Source of the DNA: Vicugna vicugna
Lineage: Eukaryota
Assembly (NCBI GenBank): GCA_013265495.1
Contig: MU057640.1
Coordinates: 1,373,303 to 1,437,302, forward strand
Length of the DNA stretch: 64,000 nucleotides
Direction: 5' to 3'
Below, piece after piece: positions 13,520-26,340 of the stretch; within the stretch, counting starts at the first letter, position 1; every line of letters begins with the position of its first letter. The notes beneath the pieces were generated by a model that worked only from the letters and a program-made list of their open reading frames with translations, was not told where the DNA came from and ran no database searches. A program made the translations under genes and the position numbers.

Positions 13520-14600
13520 GATGATGAATGAGACAGGCAACCTTAAATTGGAAAAAATGGACAAATGAGATTAAAAAGAAATGCAATAAATTCTGTGAAT
13601 GAAGGAGACACTCAGTGATACGAACATTCCCAGGAGGGGCCTTGAAGGCAGAGATGGGAGGAGAGTTTTGGAGAAATTGAAGGAGATTTCCCAGAGAAGC
13701 GCGGCTTGGGCGTGGTGTTAAGATACCAGCAGTTGTTAAGCTGCTGAAAGAGGAAGCAGGAGGCAGAACAAGCAGAGCGGCAGGTGTAAAGGCATCCAGG
13801 AGGGAGACCCCTGAAACAGAGGGTCGCTGACAAGCCCAGAGCCTGGGGAAGATGAAGCCAAGTTGGCAAGCCCGCAGTGGGAGGCGGACCTGATACTGAG
13901 AGCTGCGCAGAAGGCTCAGATGAAAGGTAAGGCCTGTGGAGTGGTTCCGTGTGTAATAGGCTGCCCTGTGCAGTGCGCAGTGTGGGAGGGGAGAAAGCGG
14001 GAGGCGGTTCTGGCCAGAAAAATCTAGCGTAAAATGAGAGCCCCTACGGCAACGACAAGGAGGATACTTAAAAATGAGGGACTGGGGGAGGGCATAGGTC
14101 AGTGGTAGAGTGAGTGCTTAGCATGCACGAGGTCCTGGGTTCAATCCCCAGTACCTCCATTAAAATAAAGTAAGTAAAGAAACCTACTTACCTCCCCCAC
14201 ACCCCCCAAAAAAAGCTTAAAAATTTTTTTAAATGAGGGACTTGACAGAAGTGTCAAACTTGATAACTAAATCAAGAGTGTGGAGATGGGGACAAGGGGG
14301 AGAGGAAGGTGGTTATGAATCTGAGTTTGGCTCCGGATATTGGGCAGAAGCCCCTTCACCAAGGCGGGTAACGCGTGACAGGGAAGAGGCGGAGGAGGGA
14401 CGGGGTGCAGTGGAAGTCGCTCTGGACTGGTGAGTACAGGACACCTGTGTGACCTTCAAGTGCAGATGTCCAGTCAGTAGTCAGGCACACAAATATGCAA
14501 TGTGAAAAAGAGGTCCGGACAAAATGTATACTATTAAGGAACTGCCCAAATGGAGATGATGGCTGAGGTCAGTAAACGAAAGCATTTGGAGATGTCGCAC
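13520..14600 (-). mobile_element. Degenerate L2 fragments interrupted by a SINE
   Basis: Purine-rich sequence typical of reverse-complemented L2 (gtgcagatgtccagt...aagaggtcc). Confidence 0.45.
14084..14230 (+). mobile_element. tRNA-Ala(AGC)-derived SINE (camelid Vic-1-like)
   Basis: tRNA-like head ...cagtggtagagtgagtgcttagcatgcacgaggtcctgggttcaatccccagtacctcca. Perfect 12-bp TSD aaatgagggact (14072-14083 / 14231-14242). Confidence 0.92.
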
Positions 14601-17044
14601 AGCGTGGGGTTACAAGAAAAGTGAGGAGGGATCACGGGGACACAAATTTGGGGGCGAAGAGACAAATGCAAAGAGCTGACAAAAAAAAAAATCAGGAGGG
14701 GGGTTTTGTAAGGCAAAGAAAAGGAGTTTGAAGGAGGAGGGAGTGGCCAATGGTATTGGATACGCTGAGGACCACAACATCGAGGGGCTTCGGAAACACG
14801 GCAGCCAACAGGAACATGGCCCGCGCAGTCCCTGGGAATCTCAGGCATTCCACGACTCAGGGTTCCTCATGTCACGTCAATCAGCTGTGACCCCGGGGGA
14901 CAGCATTTGAAAGCACAAATCCTGAAACTTCAAACCACGGTCAATACTCCAAACTAAGGAAGAGTAAAGAATAAACGGGCACTTGCTTGGTCTGAACACA
15001 GAAAATGACGCAGCGAAGATTCTGAACGTAGAACTTGTTTGAAATTAACTTAGAAAACACTTCTTTAAAAATAAAGATCGAACGGGCACATGATGTTACG
15101 CTGTCTGAGAGGAGAACTCTGCACGTTTGTTTCAGCGGCACTTCCCGGGCACACGACCTTCACGCCCTGTGTGGTGCAGGTGTGCCTGCGGAGGATGCGC
15201 TTATGGAGGCGGCAAGTGTAGTCAGCTATGACTGCAAACGAAGAAACCCTCTCCACCCAGCCGCCGAGGGCCAAATGCAGCAGGGAGCGGGGAGCAGCAG
15301 GGCATCCAGGTCACACGCGAAGTCTCCACGGTTCGTCTGCTCAAAAGTAACACCGTCCAGGTGGCAGAGGACAGGAGCAGCCACTGTCCTCACTCCCTCT
15401 CCTCTCTGTAACCCCTGCCCGGCCCTACCAGGGATCTGTGAGCCTTCTCCCTCAATGGTCCTTCTTGCTCTCTTCCTTCCAGTACCGCCCCCCTCCATTG
15501 TCTGCTGCCCCTCCCTGGGGAGTTGGTGCTTTTATTTTTTCCAGGGGGAAGAAGGAGAGGAAGGAAGGGAAGCAAAGATTCTGTCCCAGAGAGGGGAAAA
15601 GGTGAGATCTGAGAAGGGGCAGAAGGAGGGAAGGCAAAGGCTGTACCTGCATAAGGTGGGGTTGTTTGGGGTCAGGCCCTAAACATCATCCTACCTGAGA
15701 CTCTGTCAGGGGAAAACAAGTCAAGGGGAGCAAAAAAAGGAGCCACTACAGCCAGAGGCAAGACAAGAGATGGAATCTTAGGGGGCACCAGGGTGAACGG
15801 GTGGATCCAGGGACTAGAGGTGCACCCTGGGGGCTAGGAGGATGCAGCCGCAGTGTCTCCCCTTTCCCTCTTCCACCCCAGCTCCAGCCCTCGCCTTTTC
15901 TTTTCATCCCTCTACCCCACGACAGAAGCTGTGGTCCTGGCCATGTCACCGTGTTCCTGTGTCCCCTGCATGTTCCCCACCCGTCACCTCCCATTTTGCG
16001 CAGACCCCATTACAATAAATTAAAAAAAAAAAGCAGCACTGTCTAAACCACTAAACTGTATGTAAAAAATAGTGCTGTAGACTAAAATAAAATTGTTACT
16101 TGGGGGAAAAAAAAAGTCTCAACGGTTCAAGAAGATCCAACATTAAAATATTTATATAAAGGTTGGCGACATCTCATCTACAAAAGAGAGAAAGGAAAAT
16201 TCCTTCATATGCCAACATGCCTGTTGTTTACGTAAAGCCCCTGAAATATTTAAACGTTTCTGAGCATGTTAACACAGATCAGGGTTTTATTACTGATCCC
16301 ACATTACGTTTAAACACAGTAATGTGCCAAGTTCAATGTACCACAGCCAGCAATTTTTTATTCAGTTCTACCCTCACACTCTAGATAAATTTGAGGCCAG
16401 AAGAGTGATTATATCACGTTATCTACTTTCTGCCAAATATTAATTCTGTGAGTGAGAACTACCTCCACAAATACCATAAACTTCTGTACTTGAAAAGCCA
16501 CCTAGACAGCATAAAGCTCCTATGTTTAAACCAAATAGAATCAGACTTTATTCTATTTAGATGACAAATTGGCGAGCTGTTCTTACCGCATCAGTCCCCC
16601 TTAACAATGCATAGAGAACACGATGCAGTGAGATAATTCTTGCTAGAAACTCCAAACACCGGCACCTTTTAGGGTGTCATAAAAATGGCGGCCTTGGTAT
16701 TAAAGGAAAAAAGATAATCTGCTCCATGAGTATTTTTTTTTAATTGCTTCTAATGACCTTGACGTCTGGGAACTTGCCTACAATTCAAGAAAAACTATGC
16801 TTCTACAAGCAGTAAATTAAGTTGCTACAAGCTACGAGTTATTTAATTTTCATCTAAAACGAACCATGCTGGACCCAGCCATAGCGAACGAAGCAGGCAG
16901 CTTTGTGGAGCATCAGCAGAGTAGACTCGAGCGGCTGCTAGCTTGCGCTTAAACACAGCTGGTTTCTCTACAGTAAACTACAGTTAAACTCTCCTAACGT
17001 GAGGAGAAAAATAAATGGAATGAAACAGCCATGGAAAGGCAACA

Positions 17045-17245
17045 CAGTTGACCCCTGAATACAGGTTTGAATTGCATGGGCCCCTTCCCAGGGGAATTTT
17101 TTCAGTACATACACTACTATGCTTACGACCTGCGGTTGGCTGAACCCACAGGAGTGGAGGGCTCTCTAAGGGGCTCGAGCAGTCGCACATGTTGGTATCC
17201 GTGGCGGGTTCTGGAACAATTTCTCCACGGATACCGAGGGACTAT
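17045..17245. mobile_element. TcMar-Tigger non-autonomous element (MER2/MER8-like)
   Basis: Starts cagttgacccctgaa...tttgaattgc and ends ctggaacaatttctccacggataccgagggac, typical of Tigger-derived MITE termini. Confidence 0.65.
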
Positions 17246-19954
17246 CCCTTAGCCTGAATATCAGGCTCATGGCACCATCGCTAAGGTAAGACTCAAGGTG
17301 CGGTGGGCCAGGGCACCTGCTGCCTCTGTGGTTCATCTCAGAGGTCCGCCGCACCCTCTCCAGACTGCCCAGGTGCAAATATAAATGGCACCCAGGGCAC
17401 CCAGGGCAGGGCTGGCATGAAGGGGAGAGCAAAGGCCGAGGTGTGCCCAGCCAGTGGCCTCACTTCCACATCTCAGCGAGGCGTTCTGTTCTCAGTAAGA
17501 CTATGAAGGGAACGCTTACATGTTTTAGTGATGTTTTACTACGTTTCATGGAGGAAATTATATTCCCGAGGACACTTCGAGAACGTGGGCATTCATGGAG
17601 GACTCGGGAAGGATTCCTGATGAGTGTCTTAAGTTTTCTCTGCTCAAATATTCCACAAACAGTAGCAATACAAAGTCTCTCAAACGGTACCTTCTATTTT
17701 TGATTCAAAATTAAAACTTATATAAGAAATCCTATTTTAGTAAAAGTTAGGAATAATGAGATAGGGTATCACACTCTTAAATTTTCACAAAAGAATATCC
17801 TTCTGATTACCAGACCCTTCAAAATGAAGATCAGCCAAAAAATACAGATATCCTGAAAATGCAGAGCTTGGAAGCCCTCCATGATAGGAGCAGAAGCCCT
17901 AGCCCAGTGTCCTGAAGAATACGTGAAACGAAGCAGCCTTAGTGGGAACTGAGTGGAGGTTAAATTTTCTGAAAACCACTGGCGGCCTTGCTCCTGCCAC
18001 GTTCACCTGAAAGCTTAGAGAGTCAAGGGGCTACTCCCACACGTCTTCCAGGGCGAGCATGCAGACTCCCCTTCCTCTGGGTGGAGGGAAGATGAAAGGC
18101 AGACACAGGTATTCCCAGAAAGAACCTCTCAGACTCAAAGATCTCCACTGGGAGGAAAAAAAAAACGGAGTTGCTGCACTCTCTAGCACTGCAAGCTGCT
18201 CGCACCATCAGAGGGGATTAGCTACGAAAAATATTTTCACTTTCGGAGGTCGGGCTGTTCAGTAACAAGCTCTAGTTTCTGCTGCAGAAATTAAATTCAA
18301 CGCCTGATGACTGTCCTGGAGAGAAAGAAAACAGCACTGAGAGGAACAAAAGGTCCTTCTCTGAACGATGGTTTCCTAGGTTCATCTTTCAAAATGGGAG
18401 CCAGATCCTGAATTCCAGCTACCGCACACCTCAGAGAGAGCCAAGTCTGGAATGCGCAGAACAAAGAATTTATTCAGAGATCTCTTGGAGGTTTTTCCTC
18501 CTCGAAAATAATGAAAGCAAGAAGAGTCCAGATGGGAAGGTAGCCACTTTGGGAGAGCAATCTTGTACTGAGATAAACAGCGAGGCTCTGTGAATAACTC
18601 CCCAGGATTACACGAGGAATTTTAGAAAGACAACTAGGTTTTTCTTTTCGTTTTTTGCTTTTTTTTTTTTTTTGGTCGTCTACCTGTTTTTATTAAGTTA
18701 TTTCTACATGGTATCCCAGTATTGATGGAACAGTTAAATGACAATGTTTTATGCCTGGAAGATAAAAGACATCATTAATTTGGTTTTTAAAACCTCCAGC
18801 TTTCTACTCCGGATTCACACCGACGACTCCTGCAGCCTAGCTGGGACCCGCTTTCTTTGGCACCCTGGTCTTGCTGGACCTGGTTCCTGCTGCTCAGATG
18901 AGTCAGGCTCCCAGCCTGGCTCCGCAGGGATCTTCCTTCTACCCACTGCAGCTCCTGGAACAGAAACTTCTCCCTGCCAGCTGGGGGTTCCCGACCTCCC
19001 TGCAGGCTGGGGGCCACCCAGGGACGTGAGCAAGACAGTGTGATGGGGAAAGGATGGTCCACAGACAGAAAGAAGTCAGCTTCTTCTAGGAGGCGACCAA
19101 GCAGGTCACTGAATTAAAGTGTCTCCACCGTTAGTCTAGGTAATTCGGGGTAACTGAATTTATAGTGCAATTATTCAAAATGATACAGCCAATTTGCATT
19201 GACCTTTTAAAGTACTTAATCTAGTGTAATTTTGGGCCTAGGTTCTTAGTTTACAGGGCTGGATCTGACAGTGGATTTGAGACAGAAGTGCTCGGGTGTC
19301 CTTGTGAAGAAGAGTTAACCAGTTATCATTTGTGAGGGAATCCTCTGCGACTTTCAATTTAACAACAAACCTTGGCTCGTTACTTTCTGGGACCCCGTAA
19401 CCCCTCGCCTTTTGCTTATTTCACTCAGGGCTGAGTGTGCTAACACGTCCCCTATTTTTTTTTTTTACATTCCGAGCAGTGGAAATACGTACTATACTTC
19501 TTGTCTTCCTTTCTCACAATCCTTTATTAACCAAGTGACATAAACAGACACTCAACCAAAAACCTGCATTCTGTTGCTACAATCTAATCACTCATCCCCA
19601 AAAGATGAAGACCGTCAAAGACGATGGTACAGTCAGTGTCACCTCAAACAGTCTGCCAAGTTTTAGTTAAATGGCTACGAAGTGTGCAGTGACGAATTCT
19701 GCCGATATCACATGGGGACGAAAGAGCAAAGCACCGATGTCACTACACAGAGCAGAATGCTTTGCCGGAATACATCTTCATTTACCCTCGCGACTTCAGA
19801 ATGCTACCTTGTTTTGACAACCATGAGTACACACATCTCTGTTTTAATTTCGATTTCTAGTAAAATATGGGAAGACCAACAGCGAGTGCTTATGGGCCAG
19901 GTACCGAGTACAATTGGGGTGGAGATTTAGAGCAAACCGGGAAGGCACACTCAC

Positions 19955-20224
19955 CGCCTCTCCAGCGGGCGCCCGTCACTGGAGATGCTTCGAGGAATGT
20001 TGGCGGCTCTCTCCGGAGGAGGCATCTTCCCGTCTCCTTTCCCAGCATTCAGCCTCGAGGTCATGGGACTTGGCACCTGGGACGGGACTTGAGGTGAATG
20101 AGGCCCCTTGTTGGCATTCCTCTGCCATTTGTTATTATTTCGAAAGGGAAACTTGAATTCATAGGAAACCCCTTCGTTCATTTTGTACTCCATCACTGGC
20201 ATGCGGTAGGTTTCAGAGCAACTC
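19955..20224 (-). CDS. SIPA1L1: SIPA1L1 exon G (270 nt, phase 2-2): [18 protein letters not shown]...SSDGRPLER(R)
   Basis: Lies within ORF 19951..20295. Acceptor ccttctcccccAG|G and donor GCG|GTGAGT. Confidence 0.95.
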
Positions 20225-21252
20225 CTGGGGGAGAAGGCACAGAGAGAAGAAAAATCAATCTCCTTTTTCTTGTTGGTGGGACCACACTGATTCACATTAA
20301 TAGTTAAAATGGGTCGAACACTTCACCCTTGGTTTCAGACCATCTTTTAGTCCTTAGGCCCCTATAATTATTTTCTTTTCAAAAACAAGAATCTCAGGAA
20401 GTATTACACTAGTATTATCTTTTGCTCCATCCCAAATATTGAGCTTGAGATACGGAGTCTTGAAAAAACAATGATGGTCACCGTGGTGGGGGTAGAGGAT
20501 GCGGGTGGAGCAGGGGGCAGAGTCAGCACTGAGACCTGGGGAGGGAAGGTGCCAGGACAGTGGGGGGCGGGGAGCAGACTCCTAAGACTGGGCCTCAGGA
20601 AACTGTCAGCTTTACACACCCTTCATGGCGTACCACGACTGGGGATCTGAGAGGGTGTACAGTTTTGAATTTGTTGGGAACTCAACAGGCAAAAAAATAA
20701 GTGGGGAGAAATTTTGAAATCCAACCTGAGAGCCAAATTTAGCTCAGGAAAAAAAAAAAAAAGACAGTTACTGACATTCAGCAATTATCAAATCATCAGG
20801 GAACAAAGCCTAATCTGAAATCAGGCCCTTTTTTCCCCCAAAAGCCAGTGATCCCCACGGCAGAGGTGTCCCCAGGGGGCAGCCTGAGTGAAATCAATGG
20901 CAGGCACCAATGTCTTGTCACTGTAGCCTCTTTTTGCACCAACATCCCAACCCCCAAACCTTAGGAAACGTGGAACCCACTTTCCATTTCCTTTACCCAA
21001 ACAACCAAGGAAGGTTCAATTAATTCCTGACTTGACTGATAGGCAAATTACTGGAGAACCCTATTCCCATTAAAGCATGAACTCAAACTGTGCATTTGAA
21101 TTTCATCACCGAGTGAAAAAAATGACTTTCTTTCTTAAAGGAATTTCAAAGATTGAGAAGCAGGTGGGCAGATCCGGAAAGGAAAGGTTAAGAGTAATTA
21201 AGAAACAGTCCTGTAAGAGGCACCTTCGGGAGAGCAGGAGGAGAGTTCAGAC

Positions 21253-21572
21253 CAGTGCTGTCCAACAGTATACAACATGGGTCACAAAGAGGAGCCACGT
21301 GTAAGTGTAAAATGTCCAGCAGCCACATCACAAAAGTAAAATGGAAAAGGTGAAATTAATTTAATACATTTTATTTAACACAATGTATCCCAAGTGCTAT
21401 CATTTCAACATGGAATCAATAAATCGATACTAAGAAAATGAACGAGACATTTTACTTTGCTGTAAACTTTGTGTGTTTTTCACACTTAGAGCACGTTTCA
21501 TTTGGGGACAGCCACGGTACAACGGCTCAGTAGCCACTGGCGACACGTGGCTCCTGTGCTGGCCAGTGCAGG
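21253..21572. mobile_element. MER33-like hAT-Charlie MITE
   Basis: Terminal inverted cagtgctgtccaa ... tggccagtgcag; internal ggtgaaattaatttaata. Confidence 0.7.
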
Positions 21573-22002
21573 TCCAAAGGGCATCCAGACGAAGGCCTGG
21601 TCTGGATTTGGGGAAGGGGCTTATGCTGGTGGGAGGACGAGCACAGTGGAAAGGGCCACCCTTCCACGATCTTGTCTCAGAATATGACTCTTGACATTTC
21701 AAACGTACCCCACCATGCATGCATCTTCTCCCACGTCTCCATGACAACCCCAGGTTTTGAAAAGTGCTGCTTTTGGAGCATCACTTGCTGGGGTCCCTGC
21801 CCTCCTCAGTCTTAGCCCAAGTCTCCAATGGGCACCATTCCTTGGAGTTTTCTTACTTTTCCCCCCAGTTCCCAAACACCTTAATCCGACCCTGTGCCCA
21901 AGACTGCACTGCGCTCCTTTTGTGCTTTCATGACAGTGGCTTTGAAATGTTTTGGACCACAGTTCTGGTGAGAAGTACATTTTATACTGTGATACAGCAC
22001 AA

Positions 22003-22030
22003 ACACACACACACACCCACACACACACAC
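22003..22030. repeat. (CA)n microsatellite
   Basis: Seen directly. Confidence 0.85.
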
Positions 22031-23009
22031 CCTTCTTTTGAAAGTGTTCATTCTACTATATTTTGTGGTAATCCATTTCATTAAAAAAACCCAAAAACAT
22101 TGGATACAACCTCCTACACCGATGTTATGGTCTACTTTAGAGGTATGATCTACCGTTCGCAAGACACCGTATGGCCCATGTGATGTGACTTTCAGCAGTT
22201 ACGGACTTCGTATACAGTAAACCCTTCCTCTGAAACGAGGGATTATCACTTTAGGCTTTGATAGAATTTCTAGCGTTGATTTGGTATTTCTGACAGAAAT
22301 ATGCCCTTGATGTACTTTTCTGGTTGTTAACACAGGTGTTATACTGTGCTATATACTGTAGTTTATCTGAAGTCTTTCATTTCTGATCATACGGTATCTA
22401 CCGCTCTTGGTCTGGAAATACAATGCAAGAACGTTGCAGTCTGCCAAAGGAACATTAACACACATTTACAATAAGGCATGGAAGAATGCTCTCTCCACCT
22501 CAAAGTCAGGGCTAGCTTTGCTTTCGTCTCAGCAACAGTCAGTTCGACTTGCGAACTCAATGGATCATAGCGTATACGCCCCCTTCCGCTGACTGTTAGG
22601 AACCAACACAAGTACAGAATAGGTACAGAACTTAATCATGTTTTGGGGGCATTCGTTTCTCACAAATTTCCCTCTAGGCCACGTTCTCCATTTACCTTCC
22701 CCCATCCCCCACCCACCTCCCAGACACACAGAGATTCCCTCACTGAGTTATCATTTTGCACCTTCATAGGCTGATTCAAATCCGTATTGCCTAAGGGTAG
22801 CAAATAATAAATAAGTAAATAAATAAAAGTAGAAATAATAATATTAATGTAATACCAAATAGCCAAGTTGCTTTCATCTTTTGGGCCTTAGTTTCTTCGT
22901 AAAATGAAAGACAGAATTGATCATCACTAAATTTCCTTCTAGTTCAAACACTCTTTGAAAGAGTCTTTTAAGCTGCGTACCTTTTTTTAATGATTATTAT
23001 TTTTCATGT

Positions 23010-23237
23010 ATTTTTTTTTACTGAAGTATAGTCAGTTTACAATGTTGTGTCAATTCCTGGTGTGCAGCACAATGCTTTAGTCATACATGAACATACATAT
23101 ATTCATTTTCATATTCCTTTTCACTGTAAGATATCGAATATAGTTCCCTGCGCTTTACAGTATAAACTCGTTGTTTATCTCTTCCATGTATATCTGTTAG
23201 TATCTGCAAATCTCTAACTCCCACCTTATCCCCTCCC
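23010..23237 (-). mobile_element. 5'-truncated L1 3'UTR
   Basis: Poly-T followed by actgaagtatagtcagtttacaatgttgtgtcaatt; same family as the 12111 and 30344 copies but more diverged. Confidence 0.85.
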
Positions 23238-23729
23238 AAGCGGCACAACACTGAACACTAAAACTGCTGAAAAGACCCCATTAGCCAAAGGTTTTGTTTT
23301 CTCTCTAGTCTACATTTCACCCCCACCACATATTACTAGAAACCCTCTGCAGAGTCCACAACTACAGAATGAAGGATGCTAAGGCCAAGGCAGGGAGAGA
23401 AGACTCATTCAGAGAATGAAAAGCAAAGATTCCCCAGCGCGCAACTCCGGCCATCCTGCCACCTCTGGGTGCCGTCCACGGTGGGGCGGGCCACCCAGCT
23501 TCTTCTGATCCCTTCCTTATCTCTGCCAGATGTGAGAACGACACGTGGAATCCAGAAGTGGGCAGTACACTGGGGACAAAGATAAAAGCTGGCTTTTCAG
23601 GACATGCAAGAAAGTTCAGAAAAGGATTTTTATATTATTTCAAGTAAAATGTGACACTGAACAACAATAACTCTAACGCTTACAGCTTATGATGGGCCGG
23701 GCGTTCATCTAGCCGCGCGACACCCACTC

Positions 23730-23860
23730 TCTGAAGTCCGAGCGTCACCATCCCCGTTTATCACATGGAAAAATGGAGGCCTGGAGAGATTAATCTGCCC
23801 ACGACTCCACAGCCAAGGAGAAGCGGCAGAGCCAAGAACTGAGCCCAGAGAATAAGTCTC
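23730..23860 (-). mobile_element. MIR SINE
   Basis: atccccgtttatcacatggaaaaatggaggcctggagagattaatctgcccacgactccacagc. Confidence 0.65.
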
Positions 23861-24204
23861 CTTGGAGGTTAGTCTTACTTCAGTCACTAACTGAAGAACA
23901 CCTCTACTCCATGTCCGCAGACTGCACCTTCCAGTGACCACGTGTTTCAGGAGGGACACGGCCTTGACAGAACGGAAAACTCCACAGGCTTTAAGGAGCT
24001 ATGGTCAACAGGAGTTACAATTTTGGTGCTAAAAGTGACAGAAGGTGATAAGCTGAAGCTGCAAGTTAACTGAAAGCCACTCCATCTCCTTTCTGTTTTT
24101 CAGTCTTTTTATTCTAACCTTCTCCTTTCATTTCTTCTTACCCACCACTCTCTCCTTTTCCCCTAAGATACTAAGAAATACGGATAGAAACCAGCTGAGC
24201 GGAT

Positions 24205-24332
24205 CTGAAAAGGAATATATATACTTATGTATGTGTACGTATAACTGAATCACTTTGCTGTACACCTGAAACTAACACTGTAAATAAACTACACTTCAAT
24301 AAAATTTTTTTAATAAGATAAATTAAAAAAAG
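24205..24332 (+). mobile_element. Short L1 3' terminus
   Basis: gtataactgaatcactttgctgtacacctgaaactaacac...aataaa; TSD aaaccagctgagc (24188-24200 / 24334-24346). Confidence 0.85.
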
Positions 24333-26129
24333 AAAACCAGCTGAGCAGGATGTTGAAACAATTTCACAACACTGGACTCTTGACTCAGGAAAGTTAGATG
24401 TCTGGGGAGAGTTATGCCTCTATTAAGACTTGTGACTCTGTGGAAAAAACAAAAACAAAAATTTAACTTCTTTGAACCAAAGATCCTTATCTAAAAAATG
24501 CAAGATAGAAACCAGGTGATTTCTAGCAGCCCTCCTAGCTCTAAAACTGTATGTTTTTGCACTTTGAAATACTTGTTTTTTAAAATGAAAAAAATTTGCA
24601 ACCCTTACTTAGAAAGTAATTTGGTCCTTGCATGTAACTTGTTTTAGCTTTTCCTCTTGAATGGCCCTTGATTGCTTTCTTTAAAAACCACAGGCTAGTG
24701 GTCCTCAACCGAACGCCGGCCCGCTATAACCATGCAATACCATTCAGAGCATCACCACTGAATCTGCTATCTGGGTATTTCTCAGCTGGCCAGGAGAGTG
24801 ACTGCTCAGGAGTCAGAGGTCATAGACATCAAGACATACAGCTGGTCATACACTCCGCTGGCGATGGATGGGTTAGGGGTCCCTCCTGCAGCGTGGTACC
24901 TCACTCCCTGGGGCAAGCCTTCTGGTAAAGCCAAGAGGTATGTCCCAAACCTGCTTTGGCCAGGACTGATCGTCATGCTGTCATTCCAGTTGGCCCAGCT
25001 CACTCTTTGGGCAGCTCTTAACCTCTCCAACCCTCATTCTGCTCATTGTTTAAATGGCAATGGGGCTGCTATGAAGATTCTTTAAAGCCCAGCACACAGG
25101 AGGAGCGCAGAAACCTTGCTTTTCTTTTCCTGTCTCTTCTTCTCTTTAAAACACTTTACTCTGGAAGCAACTCACAGAGGGTCTGCTTATTTCCCGAGAA
25201 CAGGGAAAAGAGCTCTATTTTACAGGTGTTACTGAAGCCCCAGTTTGTGGTTGTTGAACTGGCCTTTTCATTAAAAAAAAAAACCCAAAACTCCAAAACC
25301 TTCCCTTTCAAAACTAGCGACTTCCACGTGAACATACATGTGTCTGTCATTCTATACGATCCCCACGCCAGGTGCCCGTGATCCACGACCTCTTGGATCC
25401 CAGGACCCTGAGGAGCAAGCAGCATGTTTCCAGGAGGCCTGCTCTTCGTAGAGCTGGAGCTGCAGGACCAGCTGACAGAGAAGAGAGTGACTAGTCAGAG
25501 AACAGAGTAATTAGCTGCTAGGAAAACAGCAGTGGGGGTGTGAAGCGCGGAGGAGAGGAAAAAAGTGACAGAAGGGCATTATCTTATTCTGCTGAAAATT
25601 GCAGGAAGGTGTTAATGCTTCAACTGTTCCTTTGAAGTTGTTTCTAAAGGAGGGAAGTGGGGAGCAGGCTTGCAGTCCTCCAGAGGCAGGAGGCACGAAG
25701 AGCATCACTTTAGACCTGCACGTCTCTGGGGCCCGGGGGCACGTGCAGCGCTCTGAGCCTTCAGCCCAGCCCCACTCCCATGCCCTAACCCGACCCATCC
25801 CTGCTAGCTCCAGGGCTGGGAGGGAACGACAGTGATGCCCCAGAAGCAGGGCTGGGAAATGAAGACAAATAGGGCTGGTCCATTCAGGGCTACGCTGGAG
25901 CCAGCCCACCCTGTTTGCAAGAGGGAACTGGGAGCATCTCTATCCAGCTCTGCGCTCGGTGGTGGCCGGCTGGTGGCTTGAAACCCGCCACCATGCAGGT
26001 ATTTACACCGTGGGATTCAACAAATACTACAAACGAAGGTTTTATTTCCCTAACAGAAAGCCAGTTTCTCAGCATATCCCTGCTTTACGCTGGGACGAAA
26101 GGAAAGGATTTGTGTCCCACACATACAAG

Positions 26130-26340
26130 TTGACAGTCTGGATTGTGAAGTTAGACCTCAATTTGCCAGATGAGCTTGGGGAGTTACTAAACTTCCTGAA
26201 TCTCGGTTTCCTCTCATCAGGAATAATAGTAATGCTATTACTTCATAGGGTTGTTACAAGGATTAAATGTGCTAATCCATTTAAAGCGCTTTTTTCTAGG
26301 GCCTGGCATGTTAAAGTCATACTCAGCAAGTATCAGTTGT
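26130..26340 (+). mobile_element. MIR SINE
   Basis: gagttactaaacttcctgaatctcggtttcctc...cttcatagggttgttacaaggattaaatg...ggcctggcatg. Confidence 0.7.

Noticed and set aside
14084..14160. Apparent tRNA-Ala(AGC) gene
   Set aside because: It is followed by a SINE tail and flanked by a perfect TSD, and the acceptor and D arms are altered. It is a SINE, and the same holds for the other copies.
15035..15682. Longest non-exonic ORF (215 aa, + strand)
   Set aside because: Non-ATG start, low-complexity GC-rich composition, no recognisable domain, antisense in an intron.
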